DNA from: a virus | Taxonomy: Duplodnaviria > Caudoviricetes | Virus record (IMG/VR): IMGVR_UViG_3300007960_000033 | Location: 1 to 52,365 of that record | Reading direction: 5' to 3' (one strand) | DNA length: 52,365 bases | Shown: positions 18,001-26,100 of the stretch, one piece after another | Position numbering within the stretch: the stretch's first letter is position 1 | Layout of the letters: every line of letters starts with the position of its first letter | Position numbers and translations under genes: made by a program | Notes under the pieces: model-generated | What the model saw: the letters and a program-made list of their open reading frames with translations, nothing else | What the model was told of the DNA's origin: nothing | Database searches by the model: none

Positions 18001-18533
18001 TAACATATAAAGGTGATTTTGGACATATTGTTAGAATCAATAAGTCTAATTCCACTACAATGGACTTTGATTTATTTGTTCCGCCAGATTCTTATCTTAG
18101 AAATATAGATGTTTCTGTAGGTATTGCAACTACTGGATTGTCTTCTATAGAGACTGGAGATTATTTTGTTGTTAGAGATACAAATATTGGTAATGGAGTA
18201 ATATCTAAAGATTCTTTGGGATCTGTAGTTTCCATTGGAAATTCTTTTATAGATAATGTTTATATTGTAGTAGCAAAAACAACATCACAACTAGATATTC
18301 CTGGAATAGGTATTACTGATGTGACTAGGGTTGAAGTTAAGATAGATAGTTCTAATACTGTTCCTCTTGGCATTACTACTGGATTCTGTGGAACTTATAG
18401 TTGGGGTAAGATTAGTAACCTTGGAAGAAGATTGCCCAAGTCATTTAATGTTCCTACTGGTAGATTATCGGGAATAAATACATCACCTGTTATTATGAGA
18501 AAAAATCGTCTAGATTTTAAATCATACTTATAA
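6069..18533 (+). CDS. gp7: Giant baseplate wedge initiator, 4154 aa
   Basis: Lies between gp6 and gp8; N-terminal FLREYY and FYLAKGS...LFK motifs; IHDSDYYQYFSYSVKS...HTVGFK motif; many GSGY repeats. Confidence 0.85.
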   Translation: MEKVTLNSLVHNIVPDYVLEQYPLLIEFLREYYKSQETSGNSLDIIQNLSDYVNIDNITNLIESTSLYSNVTYYDKEIYVDSIRGFSSNQGLVKIGSEVIYYENAISLPDVDFLARIEPGLKELNSLEAEDLNTLLGWYVKVYNLSGKLISEGKIVSLAEGGNSVNVDFTPIVSDEIDGYERSELYRCVVKRSKFSDCKRGFSAITGLRNNKDTNRLIFEETNASKHVVGDKVLNLNIILLKEFFNKIKVQISPGFENETFYSTLNESTFVKNIRQFYLAKGSECSFDLLFKAIFGKPVDIVIPSNNLIEPSSSRYTITKNVVVELLEGDIESLQNRTLYQDEQFNIPQTRGIITKVETLQRDDKNFYTLYIDSSVEENYDSTYGNFTIHPKTKNIQKISKLQNFIDVDSTIGFPLSGTLIIKDVDGFDRKIQYGSKTSTQFLNCTNVLYDFELGSDVYLDVFAYVRTSKNPTKVRITGVLDNDINLSNLGIKYLKKGDVLPYKTLGIDLENDPRTNCWIYNISKDYDVKSIVLVDEKDFTYTVVLYDKHDFSVGQGIKLFPNIGFVTFNGNVIEYINEYSVSVRGTRVLLDPNVKYTLQKKVNKSNFNGITSYPSDVQNTYYDKETKDVYVNSQSLPLYRPSFEVEELNVNKRTRSFSGNFDNDTLIDIGKHGFYTGDAVVYKPRVIAYVPKYVIESNGVTSYKFINPENGEYENNPTLTLIRGKTYTFSNFTGIHPLRIQEERNGVISDQYNNGIKNNDVSNGILYWEVQEDTPDVLYYQCLKHLSMGGVINIIDESQQQNLNINKGIYYVKRITDRTIQLYSSRSNIYTNKPVLLTGTVNGDTIESYDYTYKNFDTRNIDPQDIIRKIPLSPKHNHTNNSMMRKMTKPGTTGIWRNGIEVLNYKSKDFFKYGKIESVDILSKGSGYDVINIPAIKITDLKGSGCSATASVKGYLKSIEVIDSGFDYKDVPVIKISGGNGFGASVKVNLEKYEHYSVFDSSSIDVSSDIIGFSTYHKFKNGELVKYDPQGQKAVGGITTSGYYYVSIVDPWNIKLHRSEKSASSGIGTINLSQFGIGKHKLISSTKKNRVKNIEVLNRGSGYETKFRSCSSSGISTFKNTITINNHGYESGEIVSYNPTVSPVSGLSSSTDYYVLKVDNNSFRLCEISGISTQKDIFYKQKKYIRFSGSPTGEHNFKYQDIEVTIEGRSSLNFTDLNAETGAVIRPIFSGEIDSIFVKDGGSKYGSDIINFDSQPNIEILQGRNARLKPVVSEGKIVTVIIENPGKDYYSIPEINVIGSGVQAVLLPVIENGFIVDVIIQNPGIGYSKDSTKLVVSNRGKNASLRANIQKWTINLVEKYINSQLVSPEDAFLYEGKDKRRGIEFVHTYAPRKLRQISLAQRFLNGQVTYNPDLELINGTESESLSHSPILGWAYDGNPIYGPYGFSSRTGGKIIQMKSGYSLRSDLNKDKNRLDLNLYPAGFFIEDYIFNDSGDLDVHNGRYTITPEYPNGTYAYFCTLNTFSDTNGPFKSYKKPSFPYVIGNYYVSDPIDFNFSPFSNLSDYNLDNSNLLRNTNPYNFDYKNTRYPYLKYDRSYRNQNAIVKSTTFGNINSIGIVTGGFDYKVGDRVVFESQIDSFRAKAEVSKVRGEEVSSIEVISDDTKTCDIIKVNNRFVGFTSDPHGFTNREVLSLSFNNNKLTTSPIKVDYNIVTLKESLPEVSSTGIVTYISVITNFENIYADDVYESNGEKFKVLKIDSPNSRLLVQREYLNSIGTSHVLSSGLVEDSRRFELSIQNSFVTEFTNKYQNSIYIEPSLDVGIGTITINITNHNLNTGDILDYSFEGGSSIISNGFSLSDAPEIFVSRINSNTIGLTTTLSGISTNPQLLVFDSVGIGSVHKFTPIYQNKLRCNIFDDRIKVTTTTPHGLNVGDSFEVKVVSGITTTFKVEYNRENRRVIIGRRDFPSSDVNVLENYITLPNHKFYSGQVVIYKTNSILPTGLINNQIYYVSVINKDRIKLCQTQYDANIGLNAVNITDAVSGSILPVNPPLEIYQYSEVVFDLSDSSLSINELRSRESFDFRLYWDHHLMHEYFTSATRKEFNVLYQGSIGVSSDASVRLRNVKDLPSELYYNLSPRNVFGNDKEVVELFVDTQANTGGYHHNSINMLESKFNGKYVVNDVTLTSFSAPLVKNPEFSKYQKQTGTSIEYYLDTKNASGKIADVKIQSYGEGYKKIPKIIDISSENGYGAILKVNSDNIGQPVNIDFDNIGFDYYSDNTLRPTSQVPTILELDYKSSVESIEVINPGKRYSLPPDIIVIDGFTNKVLDDLEFSYDIVRRKVDIIKNTYNISEYPSRILTINNTNGIGINTITYNNENKHVTVEINSSYSTLNEFPFNIGDKFLIENVSVGVGTTGKGYNSENYNYTLFEVIDSDPKLGGVGATVTYSLEGLINVDEYPGDYNVFNSSGKIVPESYLPQFKLTKFKTKFLPQEEVISELGSRGKILSIDYERDLIRISTFDKFNIGDDLKGLTSGRRSKVINAIDSEIEFPVSAGSIVRNGWSTKKGFLNDDTQRIHDSDYYQYFSYSVKSEVDYERWNPYVKNLTHTVGFKRFSDLLVPSEPEEFIGINTEQNSGNISGIADIYQVVDIDCYSDFDTSTESLRVINESRKSKEIQLKSKLLQDYVESIGNRVLSIDDISPQFNQEIRATRYSDIDSYTRTVGFRKYFVVVENIDNPVERQSGIVLLLSDGLNVFNVDYGKTIPKNNDLGDFDAEISGTDVILRFFPDEYKISNYYVFATSLELDTNIIGVGSLPILGDAVSMYSEQKHNIGIGNTEILRLPLSNTSNKLIIHVSADNGYVQTDEIIITSDGNDIYLNEYGFLNSSGGSSNSTPGIATFSYSIDGSEIVVLTDIDTPNATSFNVDTSVTTFSSNAIGVGTASINGALLETSYKSISSSPSPSAVGISSFGPRYDAAYVLASVQDLTNGTHFYTEFVVMSSWNKSIEYVNGMVASGTDIGIGTFGASSDGSFCTIEFTPEPDINVDVRMFQFNIGYYDDLIEPEEIIDLGNMKIDSGWGEYVGTDLSIRKSFDLYHKEQPLFQKIVNPTLQETFNFDDNILNVPGHYFVTGEELDYKYRFSDFSSDNAISIASTTVPGIGVTDKLPTTVYAVRVDNLSIKLAATAEDALAFTPKVFEFTSLGITTDHYLTCKKQNTRALISLDNIIQAPVVSSSTTSTLAIESTPFNAILEFSDVSGFAGGDLVQIDDEIMRIFVIGFNDNPNNVYTTRGFIGTKRASHSSGSIVTKVTANYNIVDNTVYFPEAPFGNVQFENPLNKPDEVDYFGLDVRSKFNGRVFMRSSQEGGSQDPYYNNFILDTISDKFTGFDTDFVLKSFGGNITGIASQHAAILINNVFQIPTATFVDGNYDMLENGGETTIKFVGYNTSRYYDINMSGLPRGGMILSIGSSEGLGYQPLVSAGGTAIISPSGSISNISIGNSGSGYRSGIQTSIKIGIKTESLSKHVEYIGFATSYNGSIVSIAITNPGTGYTASNPPIVVFDDPFPYHNIPLQYQPPYTGVGTEAYIDLVVGNDSSVISYEIKNYGYGFAIRDILTLPTGGETGIPTTSEYGSFENFSIIVDSVYTDDFSGWHFGELQPIDSINNLIDGVRRFFPISIDGQQTTIRSKQGSEIDVQSTLLVFVNDILQVPGEGYVFENGSIIEFPNPLEVGSKVSILFYRGSGDIDTKDVNILEPVEKGDMLIIESDDPLYEQNQRQISDIVNTNTVETNAYSGPGLDKSESIIRPIKLCLQKNDISVNGEYIGKSRSIYEPYILPVARLIHPVDVNSTDVYVDNVKICFDDLREYSENKSLQQSISIVSQDILVSAAATAVVSAAGTISSIVFSNTGLGYTSGPRVIVPNPPVSSFIDQNDFYTNQTIITTTVSNGSIDSFNIISSGTGYTSTNPPYVIIDPPVSVAEDIVNVTYKGDFGHIVRINKSNSTTMDFDLFVPPDSYLRNIDVSVGIATTGLSSIETGDYFVVRDTNIGNGVISKDSLGSVVSIGNSFIDNVYIVVAKTTSQLDIPGIGITDVTRVEVKIDSSNTVPLGITTGFCGTYSWGKISNLGRRLPKSFNVPTGRLSGINTSPVIMRKNRLDFKSYL

Positions 18534-18538
18534 ACCTC

Positions 18539-18545
18539 ATAAATA
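18539..18545 (+). promoter_or_regulatory. Late promoter
   Basis: ATAAATA upstream of gp8. Confidence 0.65.
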
Positions 18546-18560
18546 AAGAAAACGATTAAA

Positions 18561-20135
18561 ATGTCAGCAATCATAACTGATCAATTAAGAATACTTAATG
18601 TTAATAACTTTATTAACAATATTGCTATATCTTCAAATACTTATTATGCATTCATCGGTCTTCCAAATGCAACCGATTATGATTCAGAATGGGATTTGAA
18701 TCCACCATCACCAAAAGATTGTTTTGATGATGAAAATGACTATTGGGATACTATAACAGCTTTAAAAAAAATAAATCCATCAGATGTAAAAAGAGTTATA
18801 AGAAAAGTAACTTGGGAATCTGGATTTACTTATGACATGTATAGACATGATATAAGCAGAACAAATTTATCTCAACCATCTCAAGCAACTAGTTTATATT
18901 ATTCCAACTATTATGTTGTAAATAAAGATTATAAAGTTTATATTTGTATTCATAATGGAACTGATGAAAATAATCTAGAAGGAAAACCATCTTTGGATGA
19001 ACCAGTTTTTACTGATTTAGAACCAAAACCAGCTGGAAATAGTAATGATGGTTATCTTTGGAAATACTTATACACAATATCTCCATCAGATATTATAAAG
19101 TTTGATGGTGTTGATTATATTCCTGTTCCAGATAATTGGGGAGAAGATGAAGCAACTGCAACTATTAAGCTTCATGCAGAAACTAGTGGGCAGTTAAAAA
19201 ATATTGTAATTAAAGATAGTGGATCTAATATAGGACCAGCTAATCAAGTTTACAACAGAGTTCCTATAAAGGGAGATGGTTATGGTGCTGAAGCAACAAT
19301 AATAATAGATGGAGAATCTAAGTTAGATTCTGTTATTATTACAAATGGTGGTTCTGGATATACATACGGAGTAGTAGACTTTGCATCTGGAGGTGTTCCT
19401 ACAACAGAGATTGGATATAGAGAACCTATTGTAGATGTCATTATTCCACCTAAAGGTGGACATGGTTATGATATTTATAGAGAGCTTGGTACAACTAGGG
19501 TATTGGTTTATTGTAGAATAGAAAATGATCTTCAAAATCCAGATTTTGTTTTAGGGAATCAGGTTGCAAGATTTGGAATAGTAGAAAATCCGCAAAAATA
19601 TGGAAGTAGTGATATTTTAAATGATGATAAAGTTAGTGCCGTACATGCATTAAAACTTATAGGAAATATTTCTGATGGAAGATATGAACCAGATAGTATT
19701 ATAATGCAAAATGTTTCTATTGGAGTTACTGCTGTAGGAAGAGTTGTTTCTTATGATGAAAACACAGGTATTCTAAAGTATTGGCAAGATAGAACCCTTT
19801 ATGGATTTAACTATGATAAAACTAGAGATTATAGTCCACAATATGGGTATGGAAAAGTAAACTTTACTTCTGAACCTGGAGCTGGAGGAAATACTTTAAT
19901 AACAGGAACAATATCAGCATTAGAGATTGATACTGATTTTGGAACACAATCAAATCCTGGTATTACAACTGTAATAAATAATAGAACATATAGTTTGGGA
20001 CAAGAGTTTCAAAGAGGAATCTCCAATCCAGAAGTTAAAAAATACTCTGGAAATATAATATACGTTGATAATAGACCTTCTATTACAAGATCTCAAAACC
20101 AAAAAGAAGATATTAAAGTAATTTTGCAATTTTAA
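18561..20135 (+). CDS. gp8: Baseplate wedge subunit
   Basis: MSAIITDQLR; YDMYRHD; DGYLWKYLY; C-terminal QKEDIKVILQF. Confidence 0.93.
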   Translation: MSAIITDQLRILNVNNFINNIAISSNTYYAFIGLPNATDYDSEWDLNPPSPKDCFDDENDYWDTITALKKINPSDVKRVIRKVTWESGFTYDMYRHDISRTNLSQPSQATSLYYSNYYVVNKDYKVYICIHNGTDENNLEGKPSLDEPVFTDLEPKPAGNSNDGYLWKYLYTISPSDIIKFDGVDYIPVPDNWGEDEATATIKLHAETSGQLKNIVIKDSGSNIGPANQVYNRVPIKGDGYGAEATIIIDGESKLDSVIITNGGSGYTYGVVDFASGGVPTTEIGYREPIVDVIIPPKGGHGYDIYRELGTTRVLVYCRIENDLQNPDFVLGNQVARFGIVENPQKYGSSDILNDDKVSAVHALKLIGNISDGRYEPDSIIMQNVSIGVTAVGRVVSYDENTGILKYWQDRTLYGFNYDKTRDYSPQYGYGKVNFTSEPGAGGNTLITGTISALEIDTDFGTQSNPGITTVINNRTYSLGQEFQRGISNPEVKKYSGNIIYVDNRPSITRSQNQKEDIKVILQF

Positions 20136-20141
20136 AGAATT

Positions 20142-23100
20142 ATGCCATCAAAAACAAATCTCAACGTTTTTCCATATTTTGATGACTTTGACGAAGATAA
20201 AAACTACTATAAAGTCTTATTTAAACCTGGATATCCTATCCAAGCTAGAGAGTTATCAAATGTTCAATCAATTTTACAAAATCAAATTGAACAGTTCGGA
20301 AATCATGTATTTAAAGAAGGTTCTGTAGTAATCCCAGGAAACATTAGTTTTACAAGAATAGTTGGTGTAGAGGTAGAAAATACATTTAATGCCATAAATG
20401 TAGACGAATATATTAATGATTCTAAACTATATGGTTTTGTTATTGTAGGAAAGGAGACTGGTTTAAGAGCAAAGGTTGTAAAAGTTTTAAGGAAAAAAGA
20501 TTATAATGATTTAAATAATACTATTGTATATTTCCAATATTTAAATACTGGATCTAATAATGAAACTGATTTTCTTCCTGGAGAAACATTAATTTCTGAA
20601 TCTGAAATACTACCAATATTAAAAAGGGGAACTACTTCAACTACTCGTATTAATGTATCGACACAGAGTAGTACAGATATTTATGGTGATACAACAACTC
20701 AGGAAACTTTTGTATCTGCAAATAGATCTAATAATATATCTGGTCAATATCAATATTCTAATATTAGTGTTATTGATGATATTACGATTAGATCTGGACA
20801 AGAGTTTTTATTAGTAAAAAATCCAGTAATTGGTGCTGCTGCTATAATCAGTGAAGGGGTATATTTTTTAAGAGGTAACTTTGTAAATGTAAATGAAGAG
20901 TTATTAGTAGTAGATAGATTTAACTTTTTAACAAGTTGTAGAATAGGATTACGTATTAAAGAAGAAATCATTTCTTCTGATAATGATCCAACATTATTTG
21001 ATAACTCTAGAGGGTTCTCAAACTATTCAGCTCCAGGTGCAGACAGATTAAAGATTAGTGCCAGTCTTGCATCATTACCTATTGATGATGATCAATCTGA
21101 TGATTTTGTAGAATTAACTAGAGTTGAAGAAGGAAATATTATATTTTTAAATAGAAATCCAGAATACAATGAGATTGGTAATGAGTTAGCAAGAAGAACT
21201 TATGATGAATCTGGAGATTATTATATTAAACCTTTTAGTGTAAGTGTTGAAGAATCTTTAAATGATCTTGAGGGAAGTAGAGGTCTTTATAAAGAAACAG
21301 AGTTAACGAGACAACAAAACACTCCTTCCGAAAGTATGGGAGTTTATAAAATATCCCCAGGAAAAGCTTATGTTAAGGGATATGAAATAGAAAGATTATC
21401 TAGTACATTATTAGATTTTGAAAAACCAAGAACGACAAAAATACTAAAAGATCAGTCTATTCAATACTCTACAGGATCTTCATATACATTAAATAGAGTA
21501 TATGGAACACCAGAAATTGGAATATCAACATACACAGTTTCTTTAAGAGATTCTAGATTGGGGGCATCAGACTTAGAATCTTCAGGAAAAGAAATTGGAA
21601 TATCAAGAGTTTATGATTTTGCTTTAGAATCTGGTTCATATAATATTATAAACTTAGATTTAAATGAATGGGATATAAACTTATATGATACAGATTTTTA
21701 TACAGAAATTACTTTAAATGAACCAATAACTGTATCTTCTCCATCAAAGATCGAAGGTAGATATACTGGATCATATGGATATCTAAGATTTAATGCTACA
21801 AATTCAGGAATAATCACTGCATATAGTAGTTTTGGAAAATATTCTATTGGAGAAAAAATATCTTTCTCTGACGGCCAAACTAGAATTGTAAAGAGTATTA
21901 GAAAGTATGGATCTGATGATGTAAAATCAATATTTGGTCAATCTGGAATATCAACATTTAATGCTGATGTAAAGCAAAATAGAAAAGTTTTTGTAGGCGG
22001 AGCAGTTATTCAAGCAGAATCTTCTGGGGTATCAACTGTAACTAGTACAAATATTGATTTTGGATCAATTTGTGAAGATGGAGATATTATATCTTATACT
22101 TTGGGAGAAAATGTAGTTCCAAACTTTGCTAAAATTTCTTTAGTAAATACTAATAGTATTGTTATACAACCAGTTACTTCTGTAGCGGATATTTGTATAG
22201 GAAACTTGCCTGGAATAACAACATCTGTACAAAACTTACAAATATTAACGACAGTATTAACATCTCCAGATTCAAATCTATATACAAAGATTCCTAAGCA
22301 AAGTATTGAATCTGTAGATTTAACAAATTCTAGAATATCTATAAGAAAAGAATATGACGTAACCATTTCAAGTAATGGATTTAATATTGCAGCATCAACT
22401 TTAAACTCAAATGAAGTTTTTCAGCCATATGATGAAGAGAGATATTCTTTAGTACTGACTAATGGATCTATTGTACCTTTGGAGAGAGGTAATTTTGCAT
22501 TTTCAAATGGAGGAAGAGAACTTACTCTAAGTAATCTTAATGTTATTAGCGGAAATGCTAGATTTATAACAAGTTTATATAAAACAAACGTAAAATCAAG
22601 AAAAAAAGTAAACAAACTAGAATCTGTAGTAATCAATAAATCAGCATTACAAGAATCTGGTATCAATAATGTAAGTATCGGAGCAACAACACTTAATGAT
22701 GGTTTAACATATGGAAATTATGCATATGGAACAAGAGTTCAAGATCAAGAAATATCATTAAACTATCCAGATGTTGTTAAAATTTATGGTATTTTTGAAT
22801 CTAGAAATAGTGAAGATCCTATTCTGCCAAAAATATCTTTAACTAATATTATAACAAGAGAGGAATCTCCATCAACTACAAATGCGGTTAGAGTTGGAGA
22901 AAAGCTTTATGGTGAAGAGTCTGAAGCAGTATTTATTTGTGTTTCTATTGTAAACTCTTCAACTATTGAAGTTATTCCAGTAAATAGTAAAGTACCTATT
23001 TCTGGAGAAACTTTAAGATTTAAATCTACAGGAGCAAAAGGCACAGTAGTCAACTATGTTGCAACTCAAAGTGAAAATATTACCAACAGATATAGATTAA

Positions 23101-26100
23101 ACTCTGGGGAAACAAATCAAGTTTATTCATATTCTTTTATTAAAAGAGTAGAGAATTCAGCTCCTCCTGTTAGAAAAATAAAAGTAGTTTATGAAAGACT
23201 TTACATACCTGAAGATGATTTGGGAGATATTATTTGTGTAAATTCATATTCTAATATTTCTAGAAATCAAATTGGTCAATTGACAAATAATATTGATAAA
23301 GCAGATATTATTGATATAAGACCTATTGTTGATAAATTTGATGTTATTCAAGGGACTAGATCTCCATTTGAGTTTTTAGGAAGAAGGTTTAGTTCAGATG
23401 GTAATTCTTCTTCAAACATATTTGTTTCTGATGAAGATATTTTATTAGATTATGCATTTTATCTAGGAAGAACTGATAGAATTTTCTTAGATATTAATGA
23501 GCAAATTATTATCAAGCAAGGAACTCCATCAGAATCTTTTGATCCACCAGAAGCTCCAGCAAATGCTATAGAAATAGCATCTATTAACTTAAAACCATAT
23601 TCAAAAAATCTTAAAGAAACAACAGATATAAGATTATTAAAATATAAGAGATATCGCATGTCAGATATCTCTAATTTAGAAAAAAGGATTAAAAACTTAG
23701 AATATTATACAACTTTAAATATTTTAGAGCAATCTACATCTTCATTATCAGTTAAAGATGAAAATGGACTAGAAAGATTTAAATCTGGATTTTTTGTAGA
23801 TGATTTTTCAAATAGAAATAATCAATATATTGTTCCTGGAAAGATTACTAACTCAATAGATCCAGTAAAAAGGGAACTTAGACCTTCAGCATATACCACT
23901 GAACTAGATTTGACCATAGCAACTACTAATAACTATGGAGTCACTAAATCTCCCACAATATCTCCAGTAAAAGGAATATCTAGATCAGAATATGATAACG
24001 TAAAATATGCAACTGCTGAATCTATTATTGGAAATAATGTTCAAATAACTGGTGGTGGAGGAGCAAGATTTGAAAATACTGGTAAAGGACTTTTAACTCT
24101 CGCTTATAATGAACAAATAAGAATAAGACAATCTTATTCTACAAGAGTTGTAAATGTTACTCCATATTTAGTAACTAACTATTATGGTCAGGTTGATTTA
24201 AATCCATCATCAGACATTTGGAGTGAAGAAACTATATTAGAACCCTTGATTATTACTGGTATTGAAGGTAGACTTATTGAAGAAGATGTTAGTTTTACTG
24301 CTGAAGAGTTTGCATCTCAAGATGGATTCGATCCAGTTGCTTGGGGTTCTTGGCAAAATAATTGGACTGGATCTTCTGAAGCTATTATTGGAACATCTTC
24401 ACGCAGTTCAAGTTGGAGTGGTCAATCTGGAAATACTGTATGGGGTGGTACTACTACAACTTTTGGAAACATAGTTCAAACAACCTTAACAGGTACTGCT
24501 AATCAAGAAGGAACTTCAACTAGAGTAACAAATCCAATTGAAGATAAAAATCTTGGAAATAGAGTTGTAAGTGCAGAATCTGCTGCTTACTTAAGATCTA
24601 GAAATATTGAGTTCATTGTTAAAAAAATGAAACCCAGTACATTATTATATGTTTTCTTTGATGATCAAGATGTAACTGCTTTATGTACTCCAAAGTTATT
24701 AGAAATTGAAATGATCGATGGAGTTTTTGAAGTAGGAGAAGATGTAATATTTTACAATGAAGATGGTAGAGAAATAGCTTTATTTAGATGTGCAGCACCA
24801 AATCATCAATTTGGTGATTTAAGTAATCCAAATGCTCAATCTTTTTATGACAGAAATCCATATGACCAAAGTGATCTTCCATTATCATATACCGAATCTT
24901 CTTCAATACTCAATTTAGATACAACATCTTCAGGAGATTATTCTTCAGGATATTATGGAAATCCTCCAATAGGATCTAGAATTGAAGGAGCTAGTAGTGG
25001 CGCTGTAGCTACAATATCAAATAAGAGAATATTTACAGATCAAGCAGGTGTTGTAATAGGATCATTATTTGTTCCAAGTCCAAATGATGAGACTAATCAA
25101 AGATTCCAAACTGGAGCAATATCATTTAAAATTTCTAATGATAGAACAATTGACGTTATTCTTGGTGTGGAAACAACAGAAGCTACTGGTCAGTTCTATT
25201 CATCAGGATTTATTACTCAAACACAAGAGACAACTATTCAAGTAAGAAATACTTTAATAGAATCTGCAACTATTAGTAGAGAAAGAGCTATTAGATCAAC
25301 TTCTAATAGATTTGTGCCGACTAATAGTGTAACTAGTACATGGTCGTTTACAGTATCTCCACCACGTCCACCAAACAGACACGATCCATTAGCACAATCA
25401 TTCTTTATTCCCAATGCGGCTGGAGTATTTGTGACTCATATGGATCTTTTCTTCCAAGCAAAATCAGAAGATCTTCCAGTTTATGTTGAACTAAGATCTA
25501 TGGAGTTGGGTCTACCTACTACTGAAGTTTATCCTTTAAGTAGAGTAGAACTATTACCAAGTCAAGTTCAAGTATCTGATGATGCTACAGTAGCAACTAG
25601 AGTAACGTTCCAAGGACCAGTTTACTTGGAAGGAAATAAAGAACATTGTATTGTACTTCTTTCTGATGTTACGGACTATTATGTTTGGATTTCTAGATTA
25701 GGTGAAACTACTTTTAATATTCAAGGAGAAGAGATAGCAATTACCACTCAAAATGAACTCGGATCACTATTTAAATCTCAAAATGGTTCTACTTGGACTC
25801 CAAGTCAATATGAAGATCTTAAGTTTACATTATATAACGCACGATTTGTTGATCAAGGAAGTGTTACTTTAGTAAATACTGATCTTTCAGAAACTAATAA
25901 TCTTTATCAAGATGCAATCAAAACATACTCTAATACATCTAGAGTATCTTTAGGAACCACTGTAACTGATACTATTCTTAAGATTGGTAATACAATCTAT
26001 CAAGAAGGAAATAATGCATCAGGAACATATTCTGGTAATGCTGGAATAGCAACAGGAAATCTATCATTTACTAATGCTGGTATTGGATATACACCATTTG